Positions 40,338 through 50,104 are shown, numbered from the stretch's first letter. The stretch: DNA of 64,000 nt from Verrucomicrobiaceae bacterium (GCA_027488755.1 JAIYAZ010000075.1:64492-128491), one strand, 5' to 3'. Notes: a model not told the origin generated them from the letters alone. Made by a program: numbers and translations.

Positions 40338-41491
40338 GCCCGCCGACCCCACACCTGCAAGGCATCCCGCGCCTGGTCCCGCTCCCCGTAGAAGGAGCGG
40401 GAGCTGCCGATGACGCGCTCGATTGAGAATCCGGCGGCCGCCACGCGGTCGATGAAGTCCTGCGCCTCGTATTCGCGGAGGTGCCACGGATTGATCGGCA
40501 CCCCGAGGGGGCGACGGGCCTGGAGCGGAATCTCGGCGACGAGGAGACCGCCGGGGGCGAGGTTCCGATGGAGGTTGGCGAGCATCGCGCGGTCGTCGGG
40601 CACGTGCTCGAGGGTGTGAAGGGAGACGGCGAGGTCGAAATAGCCCTCCTCAAGGAGGAAGGCCGCACCGTCCCCCTGAAGGAAACGGAGGCGTTCGGTC
40701 TCGGGGTAGCGGGCGCGGGCGGCGGCGAGGTATTTCTCGAGGTAATCCACCCCCACGACCGAGTCGGAGCAGGCAAGGAGAAGCTCGGAGCCGAAGCCGG
40801 AGCCGCAGGCGATGTCGAGCGTGCGGCGGAAGCGACCGGGAAGCTGCTCGACGAGGCGGTGGTAGCGGGAGCCGGAGTAGTCGCGGCCGAAGAACTCGTT
40901 CTCGGGGTGGTTGCGGGCGTCGGCGAGGATGGCGGCAACCTGATCCGGCGGATAGGCGGGGGCGGGTTCGACGTGGCGGATGCGGAACTCGGCCTCCTCG
41001 CCGGCGACCTCCATGTAGCCCCAGGGATTGAAGCGGGCCCGTTCCTCGAGCTGGGTGCGGCCGGGCAGCGAGGCGACGCGCGCGAGTGCGGCGTGGGTGG
41101 CGACGTCGGCGGCCAGCGTGATGTCGTAGTCCCGCGGCGGCGCGGCGACATCGAGCCCCTCCTCGAGGAGGGTGGCGACGAGGAGATCGACGTAGGCGAA
41201 ATCGACGTGTTTCCAGATCGCGAGCACGCGGACGCTGAACGTCTGCTGCGGCCGGGAGGCCGACGCATCGAGGATGCGCTGGGCGACATTGTAGGGATCG
41301 CCCACGAAGGCATCGAACCCCCATTCGCGGCAGCGGGCGGCGGCGGCGGCGGCATCCTCAAGGTCGGGCAGGACGACGGTGATGCCGTCGACCGAAGGCC
41401 AGCGACGGGCGAGATCGAAGATGAGGTCTCCGGGGGCGTCGACCTGGAGGATTTCCTCCGGGCCGGCCTGGACGATGAGCGCGTATTTCAT
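40334..41491 (-). CDS. Fusion: degenerate SpsF-like cytidylyltransferase-fold domain plus class I SAM methyltransferase
   Basis: C-terminal TLDIACGSGFGSELL...FDLAVSLHTLEHVPD...LAPGGLLV (SAM motifs I-III). The N-domain parallels the CT domain of the 750-aa neighbour (ALIVQAG, FVGDPYNVAQRILD) but lacks the GSSRLPGK loop. Confidence 0.65.
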   Translation of the reverse strand: MKYALIVQAGPEEILQVDAPGDLIFDLARRWPSVDGITVVLPDLEDAAAAAARCREWGFDAFVGDPYNVAQRILDASASRPQQTFSVRVLAIWKHVDFAYVDLLVATLLEEGLDVAAPPRDYDITLAADVATHAALARVASLPGRTQLEERARFNPWGYMEVAGEEAEFRIRHVEPAPAYPPDQVAAILADARNHPENEFFGRDYSGSRYHRLVEQLPGRFRRTLDIACGSGFGSELLLACSDSVVGVDYLEKYLAAARARYPETERLRFLQGDGAAFLLEEGYFDLAVSLHTLEHVPDDRAMLANLHRNLAPGGLLVAEIPLQARRPLGVPINPWHLREYEAQDFIDRVAAAGFSIERVIGSSRSFYGERDQARDALQVWGRRA

Positions 41492-41495
41492 GGGA

Positions 41496-42755
41496 TTAAA
41501 CGGAGGCCGGCGGCGGCGTGGTCTCGATGTGGAGTTTGGCGGCGGCGGCGGTCGCGCGGCCGATGGCTTCGTCGACGGTGGCGCCGTCCACGATGAGAAA
41601 GGCCACGCGGTCGGTGGAATTGCGGTAGGGCTTGATCTCGGCCCCGACCTCGGTGTGAAGAATCACCTCGCGCACCCCCGGGCTGTTGCGAACCTCCTCC
41701 AGGCCACGAATCGCGCGGACAAGACCGGGCTCGGGAAAGACGGCCTCCACGACGGCGGCACGCTCCCACTGGTGACGAAGGTCATCGGCCACAAAGTCAC
41801 CGCCGGTGACGAGGCGCAGGGCAGCGCGAATTTCGCGGGTGCCGTAGGCGAGCGGGGAGGCGAACTGGCAGTGAAAGCCGCCGGACATGCGGGCGGTGAG
41901 TTCGATGAGCGTGAGGGTGCCGTCGGCGGCAAGGTTCACGTCGACCTTGTGTCCGCCGACCTCGATGCCGACCTGGCGGGCCACCTCGGTGGCGAATTGG
42001 AAGAGACGCTCCTGTTCGGCCGGGGGCAGGAGGCAGACCGTCAGGCGGGACTCGCAGGGCCAGCGCGGCGAAAGGTAGTGGGTGTCGGCAACCGAGGCGA
42101 GGTGCCAGCGGCCGTCCTCGACGATCATTTCCACCGTGTGCTTGGTGCCGAGCACGCATTGTTCGATGAGCACCCGGGCTTCGTCGCCCAGGTTGAACCC
42201 GGCGGCGTAGGTGAACGCGGTCGCGACGTCCTCAATGGCATCGATGCGCTGGACCCCGCGTGAGCCGCAGTTGTTGACCGGTTTGATGACGACGGGAAGA
42301 CCAATCGCGCGGGCAGCCGCGCCGGCATCGTCGGCGCTGGTGACCACGCGGTATCGGGGCTTCGCGGTAAAGCCGCACGCATCGAGGTGCTCGTGCATGC
42401 GAATCTTGTCGTTGCAGATCTCGGCGACGTCGGGACGGTTTCCCGGCAGTCCGAGAGCTTCCGCGACCCGGGCCACCGTGATCTCAACGTCGGCGCCGCA
42501 GGTGTAAACGCCGACGGGTTTGACGTGGGCCGGCAGCGCCTTCACCGCGGCGACCACGCCGTCGGCGTCCTTGGTGCTGACGGCAAGCGCCTGGTCGGCA
42601 ACGCGCATGCCGGGGGCATCGGCATTCCAGTCGACCGCGATGGTCCGGAGACCGAGCTCCTCGCGGGCGATATGGTAGGCGGGCAGCACGAGCGAGCTGG
42701 CCCCGATGATGATGACGTGGGGTTGGGGAGATTCGGACATGGCAGGGTGGGTCAT
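41496..42755 (-). CDS. ATP-grasp family ligase
   Basis: 419 aa. NDKIRMHEHLDACGF...LPVVIKPVNNCGSRGV...LIEQCVLGTKHTVE...LIELTARMSGG, the typical ATP-grasp layout. Confidence 0.75.
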   Translation of the reverse strand: MTHPAMSESPQPHVIIIGASSLVLPAYHIAREELGLRTIAVDWNADAPGMRVADQALAVSTKDADGVVAAVKALPAHVKPVGVYTCGADVEITVARVAEALGLPGNRPDVAEICNDKIRMHEHLDACGFTAKPRYRVVTSADDAGAAARAIGLPVVIKPVNNCGSRGVQRIDAIEDVATAFTYAAGFNLGDEARVLIEQCVLGTKHTVEMIVEDGRWHLASVADTHYLSPRWPCESRLTVCLLPPAEQERLFQFATEVARQVGIEVGGHKVDVNLAADGTLTLIELTARMSGGFHCQFASPLAYGTREIRAALRLVTGGDFVADDLRHQWERAAVVEAVFPEPGLVRAIRGLEEVRNSPGVREVILHTEVGAEIKPYRNSTDRVAFLIVDGATVDEAIGRATAAAAKLHIETTPPPASV

Positions 42756-45004
42756 CGCGCGGTGGCGGCATCATTCACCAGATCGCGATAAATGCCGAAG
42801 ATTTTCCCGGCGCGGGGCGGGGTTTCGAGGCGGGCGAGGAGGGCGGCCTCACTGGCCAGCGAGGAAACCACGAGCACATCCCAGCGGCCCTGCGCGAGCT
42901 CGGCGCCGGGGGCAATCGGAACCCCCGCAAGACGCTCGCCCTGCTTGGCGGGGTCGTCGTCCACGATGAAGGCCACTCCCTCCGGGCCGACGACATCGAG
43001 CAACGAGGCGGTGTGCACCCCGCCGCCATATACGGCGATCCGCAAACCCCGCGCGCGCCAGCCGGTAAAGGCGGAACGAATGCGCTCCAGGGCGGCCTCG
43101 AGCCGGGCAAAGGTGCGCCGCGCGGCCGGAGCGACCTCCGCCGCGGACGGCGCAGCGACGGGGGCGGAGGCTTCCGTCGGGGCCGGGCGGACCGCGACGG
43201 CGAGCACGCTGCTTTTCAACGCGGCGGTGGGGGGCTCCGCCTCGAGCGATTGCACGACGAGCCCGGCCCGCTCCAGCACGGAGCGGAGGCTGGCCGCATG
43301 AAAGCTGTGAAGGTGAAAACCCTGATTGAGATAATGGGCCTCGATGAGGTCCGCCCCGAGGGTTTCCAACTCGGGCACGGCCAGGGCCAGCCGCCCGGCC
43401 GGAGCCAGGTGGCGCGCGCAGAAGCGGACAAATTCCGCCGGATCGGCAACGTGCTCGAGCGCGTGGAAGGAGGTGATGAGATCGAAGCCGCCCGCGGGCC
43501 AGGACGGTGAGCCGTCCGCGACGGCCTCGTAGCCGCAGGCCCAGACTTCGTCGGCCCAGCCGTGCCGGCGGAGAAACGCCGCCTGGACCGCGGAGGGTTC
43601 CAGCCCCACCCGCCGACCGCCGACCGGGAGTTCGCGCAGAAAGTGGCCGTAACCGCATCCGACGTCGAGAACCGCAGCGGGCGGCCGGGCGGGATCGATC
43701 AACCGCCGGACGCGCGCCCGGGCCACCGCGACGAAGGGAGAGTTTTCCGCCACGAGCATGGCCTCGGGATGCGTCTGCGCGTAGGCCCGGTAGCTCGCCG
43801 CGAGGCGGGCCGGCGTGGGGCGGCGGCTTAAGAACACGTGCCCGCAGTTCGCGCAGATCCCCTCCTCCGCTCCCGAGGGGGCGACCCAGAGTTTTCCGAT
43901 GTCCGCGCCGCGGCAGAGCGGGCAGGGCACGGTCTCAAGTTCCGGGCCCGACCCGGCAGCTTCGAAGTAGCCGGAGCGCAGTCGTTCGACGCCGAGGGCG
44001 GCCGCCAGCAGCGGGGCCAACCGGGCGGCGCCGGCGGCATCGGGCGCGGTGAGGGTAAGGCGGAGTCCGTCCGGTCCGGAGGCGTGTCGCAGGCCGGGCT
44101 CCCCCGGCGTGACCGCCACTTCGGCGAGGGCGTCGCCGCCGGGCTCCTGCCGGCAGGCGAGTCCGTATTCCTCGGCCAGGGTGCGCGCGAGGAGGGAGGT
44201 GATCGCGGAATCGCCGCCAAGCCGGACGAATCCATTCGGCGAAGCGATGGTTTTCTGGCCCACGTGGGCGTTGATGGCCCGGACGTCGGGGTTTTGGGCG
44301 AGGAATTCCACGACGTCCGGCAGGGAGATGATTTCCCCTTCGCGGTAGTGCGTTTCGTAGACGCGGCGAAGGAATTCGAGATCGGCGGGAGTGTCGAGCC
44401 AGAGCCGGTGCTTGAAGCGGGCAAGCTCCGGGAAGCAGGGCACCTCGACGATGGTGAACAGCTCGGGCCGCTCCATGATGCACAGCGTGGCGTGCTCGCG
44501 GTAGGGCCCCTGGCGGTCGGGCGGCATTTCCGGCAGGAGGCGGCGGATTTTGCGGTAGGCCGCCAGCCGGAGAACGGCGACCCCTCCCTCGATCGTGCGG
44601 GACTCGAGCCGGGCGTATTCGGCGGCGGGCTGGTCCTGCAGCGCGCGGATCATACGGGAAACTGTGGGCGGATGCAGGAGGGGGCAGTCCCCGTCCACCA
44701 TCACGATGATGTCGGCATCGAAATGTTCGCCGCAGGTGATGTAGCGGTCGAGCAGGTCATTGACGTCGCCCGCGTAGGCGAAGGCTTCGCCCCCCCAGCC
44801 GGTGACGGCCTCCACGACCGGGCGATCACCCTCCGCGGCCGTGGTCGCGACCACGAGGCGGTCGAGTTCCGGGACCTGGCGCAGACGCTCGCGGACGTGC
44901 CAGAGCGCGGGCCGGCCGGCGAGGTCGAGAAGGACCTTGCCGGGGAGGCGGCTGGAGCCGAAGCGGGCCTGCACGATGGCGACCACATGGGAGGAGGCGG
45001 GCAT
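42752..45004 (-). CDS. Tri-domain protein: cytidylyltransferase (SpsF/PseF-like), Zn-ribbon plus SAM methyltransferase, and a C-methyltransferase-type C-terminal domain
   Basis: N-terminal VVAIVQARFGSSRLPGKVLLDLAGRP...VMVDGDCPLL. Zn ribbon CPLCRG...CANCGH. Methyltransferase VLDVGCGYGHFL...FDLITSFHALEHVADP. C-terminal RIAVYGGGVHTASLLD...AFIVDDDPAKQGERLAGVPI. Confidence 0.7.
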   Translation of the reverse strand: MPASSHVVAIVQARFGSSRLPGKVLLDLAGRPALWHVRERLRQVPELDRLVVATTAAEGDRPVVEAVTGWGGEAFAYAGDVNDLLDRYITCGEHFDADIIVMVDGDCPLLHPPTVSRMIRALQDQPAAEYARLESRTIEGGVAVLRLAAYRKIRRLLPEMPPDRQGPYREHATLCIMERPELFTIVEVPCFPELARFKHRLWLDTPADLEFLRRVYETHYREGEIISLPDVVEFLAQNPDVRAINAHVGQKTIASPNGFVRLGGDSAITSLLARTLAEEYGLACRQEPGGDALAEVAVTPGEPGLRHASGPDGLRLTLTAPDAAGAARLAPLLAAALGVERLRSGYFEAAGSGPELETVPCPLCRGADIGKLWVAPSGAEEGICANCGHVFLSRRPTPARLAASYRAYAQTHPEAMLVAENSPFVAVARARVRRLIDPARPPAAVLDVGCGYGHFLRELPVGGRRVGLEPSAVQAAFLRRHGWADEVWACGYEAVADGSPSWPAGGFDLITSFHALEHVADPAEFVRFCARHLAPAGRLALAVPELETLGADLIEAHYLNQGFHLHSFHAASLRSVLERAGLVVQSLEAEPPTAALKSSVLAVAVRPAPTEASAPVAAPSAAEVAPAARRTFARLEAALERIRSAFTGWRARGLRIAVYGGGVHTASLLDVVGPEGVAFIVDDDPAKQGERLAGVPIAPGAELAQGRWDVLVVSSLASEAALLARLETPPRAGKIFGIYRDLVNDAATAR

Positions 45005-45011
45005 GGAAACG

Positions 45012-45980
45012 TCAGCGGAGGAGAAGGTCGGTCACCCGCTCCCCGCCTCCGGCGGGAACGAAGCGGGCGGCACGCGCGGTTGCGGCGGCAAGTTCGGCGG
45101 GCCGGGTCGCGAGATCGCGAAGCCGCTGCGCGGCGTGGGGAAGGCTTTCCGGGGTGGCGAGACCGTGGTTCCAGGCCGGCCAGTCCGGGTAGGAGTCGGC
45201 GAGTTCCCGGGCGAGCTGCTCGTGGGCGGGCGTGGGCTCGAGGAGGAGGCAGGGCACGCCAAGCCGGAAGGATTCGAACGTGGTAAGGCCGAGCTTGGTG
45301 ACGACGAGGCGGGCCGTTCGCAGGATGGCGGGAAGATCGGGCGCGTAGTCCAGACAACGTCCGCCCAGGGCTTCGACCTGGTTGCGGAGGCGGGGCAGGT
45401 CGGGGTGTTCGAGGCCGGCGACGACGGTCAGCGGACCGGGCAGCGGCCCGGGCCCGAGGGCGTCGAAGAGGCGGACGGCGAGGTTCTCGGCGTCCGATCC
45501 CCCGAAGGCAACCACCACCCCGGCGCGATCCGCCGCCGGCGCGGGCCGCAGCCGGGCTTCGTCGAGGAGGAGATAGGCGAGGCCGTAGTGGTAGCGCGTG
45601 TCCGGGCTTTCCTCGGAGCGCGCGGCCCGCGCCGGCGTCATCAGCGCGTCCACCACGACATCCACCGCAAGGCGGGCGGTTCCGAGTTCATCGAGGGAGA
45701 GGATTCGTCGGGCAAAGGGGCGGAGTTGCGCCGCCGCGGCGGCGGATTGGGGGTCACGCACATCCCAGACCAGCCAGTCGACAAGGCCGGTCGCGGCGGG
45801 CCGCCGGGGCACCTTTTCACCGACCCACCCGGGGAGCAGGTCGTCGCCGAGCGGCCCAGCCCCCCAGAATTCGATCTCGGCCCCGCGGGCCTGGCAGGCG
45901 CGGGCGAGCACCGCGCAGCGACGCAGGTGCCCGAGCCCGGCCGAGGCCGAGGCTTCGCAGAGAAACGCAACGCGGGGCAT
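45012..45980 (-). CDS. pseG: UDP-2,4-diacetamido-2,4,6-trideoxy-beta-L-altropyranose hydrolase-like (PseG family)
   Basis: Internal ATG gives 322 aa. MPRVAFLCEASASAGLGHLRRCAVLARA matches the PseG N-terminal R.DA...G.GH..RC..LA signature. GT28-C-like C-terminal half. There is no fused GNAT domain. Confidence 0.7.
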   Translation of the reverse strand: MPRVAFLCEASASAGLGHLRRCAVLARACQARGAEIEFWGAGPLGDDLLPGWVGEKVPRRPAATGLVDWLVWDVRDPQSAAAAAQLRPFARRILSLDELGTARLAVDVVVDALMTPARAARSEESPDTRYHYGLAYLLLDEARLRPAPAADRAGVVVAFGGSDAENLAVRLFDALGPGPLPGPLTVVAGLEHPDLPRLRNQVEALGGRCLDYAPDLPAILRTARLVVTKLGLTTFESFRLGVPCLLLEPTPAHEQLARELADSYPDWPAWNHGLATPESLPHAAQRLRDLATRPAELAAATARAARFVPAGGGERVTDLLLR

Positions 45981-45997
45981 CGGGTCGGGACGACGGA

Positions 45998-47026
45998 CTA
46001 ATCGACCGCGGCCCGCGTGATCGGGTGATGCGCGGGAACGGCGGTCCGAAGGGTGCGGCCAAGCAGGCCGGAAAGGTCGGCGGCGGCGAACTCGCCGCGG
46101 CAGGGACGCACGATTTTGAGGACGTCGCGGGTGAGGGTTTCCCCGGGCGCGAGGTCGCGCCGGGCGTAAATGCCGCGGCGGCCGAAGATCAGGCCGTTCG
46201 CCTCGCTGGGCGCGCAGCGTTTGATCCCGTCGCCCAGCCCCACGCGCACCCGCTCCATGCGTTCGACGAGGGAGCGCAGTTCCGCGGGGGTGGTGGCGAA
46301 GGGGGAATCCGGGTCGGCTCCGGCGCGATCGAGGGTGACATGCTTCTCGATGACGACCGCGCCGAGCGCGACGGCGGCGAGGGCCTGGGCGTCCTCGGTG
46401 AAGTGGTCGGACCATCCGACCGGCAGCCCGAATCCGGCGGCGAGCGCCGGCAGGGCGCGGAGATTGGCGTCCTCCGGGGCGGGAGGGTAGCCGGCAACGC
46501 AGTGCAGAAGCACGAGGGGGACGCGGCCGGCGACAAGGTCGACCGCCCGGCGCACCTCTGCGAGATCGCCCATCCCGGTGGAGAGCAGGATCGGGCAACC
46601 GGCCTGGACCGCCGCCTCGAGAAGCTCGGGGTAGACAAGATCGCTCGAGGAAATCTTCATCGCGGGGACGCCCAGCCGGACGAGAAAGCCGACGCGCTCG
46701 ACGTCAAACGGGGTGGAAAGAAAGTCCACGCCCCGTTCGCGACAGCGCTCAAGAAGCGGGGCGTGCCAGGCATCCGGCAGCTCGTAGCGCTCGAGCACGG
46801 GATACGCTCCGGAAGGGGCGGTCCAGGAGCCGGCGGCGGCAAGGTCGACCGGGTTTTGGAATTCGGCGACCTTCCACGACTGGAACTTCACGGCGTCCGC
46901 GCCCGCTTCCGCGCAGGCGTCGACGAGGCGCAGGGCCTGCTCGAGGCTGGCGCCGTGGTTGGTGCCGATCTCGGCGATGGTGTAAATGGCTTCGCCCTTC
47001 AGGGCTCGGTGGAGGCGGTCACTCAT
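45998..47026 (-). CDS. pseI: Nonulosonic acid synthase (NeuB/PseI family)
   Basis: IYTIAEIGTNHGASLEQALRLVDACAEAGADAVKFQSW, DFLSTPFD, and a C-terminal SAF-like domain. The context with pseB/C/G favours pseudaminate synthase. Confidence 0.8.
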   Translation of the reverse strand: MSDRLHRALKGEAIYTIAEIGTNHGASLEQALRLVDACAEAGADAVKFQSWKVAEFQNPVDLAAAGSWTAPSGAYPVLERYELPDAWHAPLLERCRERGVDFLSTPFDVERVGFLVRLGVPAMKISSSDLVYPELLEAAVQAGCPILLSTGMGDLAEVRRAVDLVAGRVPLVLLHCVAGYPPAPEDANLRALPALAAGFGLPVGWSDHFTEDAQALAAVALGAVVIEKHVTLDRAGADPDSPFATTPAELRSLVERMERVRVGLGDGIKRCAPSEANGLIFGRRGIYARRDLAPGETLTRDVLKIVRPCRGEFAAADLSGLLGRTLRTAVPAHHPITRAAVD

Positions 47027-48903
47027 GGGATGGGGTCAAGGATTTGAAGGCGGATGGCGGCCTCGATGACAACGGGTTCATCGGCCGGAACAAAGGTTTC
47101 GTCGATCTCCTGCGCGGAATACTCCAGGCGGAGAACGTGTTCGCCGTTCGCGAATTCGCGGTGCGCGACCTTGGGGAGAATCCACGCGCCCGCGGGGTCA
47201 ACCTCGAGGCGAACGGTCCGATGGCGGTCGCCGATCGCGAAGATGCCCTCGGTCATTCCGAGGCAAAACTCCGATGACGTGAGCCAGGAAACGGCGCTGA
47301 CGTGGTCGACGTCACGGCCGGCGAGCGGGAAACGCTCGAGGCGCCCGCCGCCATTGTGGGTGGCGTAGAAAAGGGTCGCGGGGTCCCAGGCTGAGGGCGG
47401 AAACGAAAAATGGAAGAAGCGGATGATCTCGCGGGCGCGGCGGGGCAATTCGAGCCGGCGCGCCAGCAGGACGGCACCGTCCCGAAGCGCCACGGTGGTG
47501 TCGATGGTGGCCCAGTCATACCGCTGGACGGCGCGGACAAAATCCTCTCCCGCGGTGACGGCGGTGGTTCCCCCGTGGCGGTCCAGGGAGGATTTCAGGC
47601 GCTCGCCGGGGCGGTGGATGACGACATTGCCCGAAAAGAAGTCCGCCCCGAACTCGATGATGGAGAGCGTTCCGTGCGGCACGGAGCCGAGCACGGCGGG
47701 TTCGCCGGAGCGGCCGAACCCGCGGAGGGTGAGCCCGGTGGCCGGGTCCAGTTCGACCCAGGCCGAGGCATCCTCGAGGCGGAAGCCGCGCGCGGAGGGG
47801 CGGGGCACCGCGGTGCCGCGGCGGGCAAACGGCCCGGGCGCGGGGATCGGAACCGCATCGAGCCGGCGGCGAAAGGCCTCCCAGCGCGCCGGGGTGATGT
47901 GAGTGCGAAAATCGCTCGACCAGAGCGCGCACAACTCGGCGTCGGAAAATCCGGGCGTGCGGGCCAGGCGATGGCAGCGCGAGTTGACGGCGAGATTGTC
48001 GCGTCCGCTGAGGGCCCAGCGGTTCGCGTTATACTTGCGCTGTTTTTTGACGACGATGGGTTGTTCGGGCGACTCCAGTTGGACGGGTTCGCGCGGTCCG
48101 GCGGAGGCAAGAACCTCGGACGGGAAGAGAAACCGGTGCCCCTCGGCGCGCAGCCGTCCGACCTGGGCCGCGAGGGTGTCCCATTCGGCGGGGCCGACGG
48201 CCTCCTCGGTGTCGAAGCGGCCGGGGCGGAAGCCGAAGGCCTCGGCGTCGTTGCAGTAGAAGGCGGCGTAGTCGCCGGGGCGGCGGCCGGCGTGACGGGC
48301 GACGAAGTCATGGTAGTCGTCCTCGGTGATGGCGCCATGCACGACCCGCTGAAGCTGCTGGAAGAACATGGTATCGGCCCAGAGCAGGGGCAGGGCGCGA
48401 CCGTCGGCGGCGGACACCTCGCAGGCGCGGAACTGGCGGTCGGCCGGCCAATCGTGGAAGCGGGCGGCGTTGTTCCACTCCATGATGAGGGCGTCGAATC
48501 CGGCCTCCAGGTAGAGGTCGACGAGACCGCCGGAGTAGGTCATCTCGTTGACCAGGGCGATGCGCGGGCGCACGCCGAGGAGGGATTGGTAGCGGTCCTG
48601 GCCGAGGGCGAGATTGGCGCGATTGACGCGGGCGGGAACGAGCGGGCCGATGATCTGGGCGTATCCGCTCCCGACGAGCTCAACCGCCCCGGCGGCGAGA
48701 AGGTCGCGGAGTTTGGCGATCCAGGCCGGATCGAGGTCGGCGATGATTTCGGCGGTGAGGCCGGTGAGTTCGACGCCGACGGGCACGCCGCTTTCCGCCA
48801 GCCGCAGGAGCGGCCAGTAACAGCGGGTGATCACCTCCATGCGGCTTTCCTCGGGAATCGAGGAAAACATGAGGTTGAGGTGGAAGACGGCGTAGAAGTT
48901 CAT
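47023..48903 (-). CDS. GH57-like / (beta/alpha)7-barrel carbohydrate-active protein (626 aa)
   Basis: The internal ATG (aa 16) gives MNFYAVFHLNLMFSSIPEE...VELVGSGYAQIIGPLVP...LVNEMTYSG, resembling the GH57 N-terminal catalytic region. The C-terminal ~300 aa are unassigned. Confidence 0.45.
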   Translation of the reverse strand: MNFYAVFHLNLMFSSIPEESRMEVITRCYWPLLRLAESGVPVGVELTGLTAEIIADLDPAWIAKLRDLLAAGAVELVGSGYAQIIGPLVPARVNRANLALGQDRYQSLLGVRPRIALVNEMTYSGGLVDLYLEAGFDALIMEWNNAARFHDWPADRQFRACEVSAADGRALPLLWADTMFFQQLQRVVHGAITEDDYHDFVARHAGRRPGDYAAFYCNDAEAFGFRPGRFDTEEAVGPAEWDTLAAQVGRLRAEGHRFLFPSEVLASAGPREPVQLESPEQPIVVKKQRKYNANRWALSGRDNLAVNSRCHRLARTPGFSDAELCALWSSDFRTHITPARWEAFRRRLDAVPIPAPGPFARRGTAVPRPSARGFRLEDASAWVELDPATGLTLRGFGRSGEPAVLGSVPHGTLSIIEFGADFFSGNVVIHRPGERLKSSLDRHGGTTAVTAGEDFVRAVQRYDWATIDTTVALRDGAVLLARRLELPRRAREIIRFFHFSFPPSAWDPATLFYATHNGGGRLERFPLAGRDVDHVSAVSWLTSSEFCLGMTEGIFAIGDRHRTVRLEVDPAGAWILPKVAHREFANGEHVLRLEYSAQEIDETFVPADEPVVIEAAIRLQILDPIP

Positions 48904-48916
48904 GACCGGGGCGACC

Positions 48917-50104
48917 CTACGCCGGACCGAGGGCACGCACGGCGGCAATCACGCGGTCGGTATCGGCGTCGGTGAGCGCGGGATAGAGCGGGAGCGAAAG
49001 GGCTTCGGCGTAGAACGCCTCGGCGCGGGGGCATTTGCCGACGGCATAGCCATACGTGCGGCGATACCAGGGCTGAAGGTGGACGGGGATGTAGAGCACC
49101 TGGGAGCCGACGCCGGCGGCGCGCAGTTCCGCCATGACGTCGGCGCGGGAGCGGCCGAGGGCGCCAAAGTCGAGGCGAACGGTGTAAAGGTGCCAGGAAA
49201 TGTGCGGGCGGTCCGCCTCGCTCCGGAGGCCGGGACGTTGGAGCCAGGGGAGGTCGGCGAAGGCGTCGTCGTAGCGGGCGACGATTTCGCGGCGGCGGGC
49301 GACGAACGCGGGAAGCCGCCGAAGCTGGCTGCGGCCGAGGGCGCACTGAAGGTCGGTGATGCGGTAGTTCCACCCGAGTTCCTGCATCTCGTAGACCCAC
49401 GGGCCGGTCTCGGCGCCGCCTAGTCCGACCAATCGGGCGGGGTCGCGCTCCATGCCGTGACTGCGCAGGAGGCGGGCCCGGCGGGCGTATTCGGGATCGT
49501 CGGTGACGAGCATGCCGCCCTCGCCGGTTGTCATGGTCTTGACGGGATGGAAGGAGAACGTCGTGAGATCGGCCCAGGGGTGGCCGCCGAGTTTCCAGGG
49601 ACGTTCGTCGTGGACGAAGGCGCCGCCCACTCCGTGGCAGGCATCCTCAATGACCACGGCGCCGCGCGCACGGGCGACGGCGGCGAGGGCGGGAAGGTCC
49701 GCGCTCTGGCCGGCGTAGTCGACGGCGACAACGGCCCGGGTGTCGGGGCGCCATGTCGCGGCAAGGGCCGCGGGGTCGAGCGTGGCGGAGACGGGATCGA
49801 TGTCCGCAAAATCGGGGGTGGCGCCGACGAAGGCGGCCGCGTTCGCGGAGGCAAGGAAGGTGATCGGCGAAGTGACGACGCGCGAGCCGGGACCCACGCC
49901 CGCAACCACCATGGCGAGGTGGAGCGCGGCCGTCGCGCTGTTCACCGCCACGGCGTGGGTGGCGCCGACGGCGGCGGCGAACTCGCGTTCAAACGCCTCG
50001 ACCTCGGGCCCGCAGGTGAGCCAGTCGGAGCGCAGCACCGCGGCCGTGGCCTCGACGTCGGCGTCGTCCACGGCCTGCCGGCCATACGGGAGAAAGGGGG
50101 GCAT
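48917..50104 (-). CDS. pseC: UDP-4-amino-4,6-dideoxy-N-acetyl-beta-L-altrosamine transaminase-like (PseC / DegT family)
   Basis: Internal ATG (aa 51): MPPFLPYGRQAVDDADVEATAAVLRSDWLTCGPEVEAFEREFA...FSFHPVKTMTTGEGGM (PLP-Lys). Confidence 0.8.
   Translation of the reverse strand: MPPFLPYGRQAVDDADVEATAAVLRSDWLTCGPEVEAFEREFAAAVGATHAVAVNSATAALHLAMVVAGVGPGSRVVTSPITFLASANAAAFVGATPDFADIDPVSATLDPAALAATWRPDTRAVVAVDYAGQSADLPALAAVARARGAVVIEDACHGVGGAFVHDERPWKLGGHPWADLTTFSFHPVKTMTTGEGGMLVTDDPEYARRARLLRSHGMERDPARLVGLGGAETGPWVYEMQELGWNYRITDLQCALGRSQLRRLPAFVARRREIVARYDDAFADLPWLQRPGLRSEADRPHISWHLYTVRLDFGALGRSRADVMAELRAAGVGSQVLYIPVHLQPWYRRTYGYAVGKCPRAEAFYAEALSLPLYPALTDADTDRVIAAVRALGPA

Noticed and set aside
45998-47026. 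Calling the NeuB-family synthase a sialic acid (Neu5Ac) or legionaminic acid synthase.
   Set aside because: The neighbours are an inverting PseB-type 4,6-dehydratase, a PseC-type aminotransferase and a PseG-signature hydrolase, which together define the pseudaminic route. No NeuC or LegB/LegG-type genes were seen.
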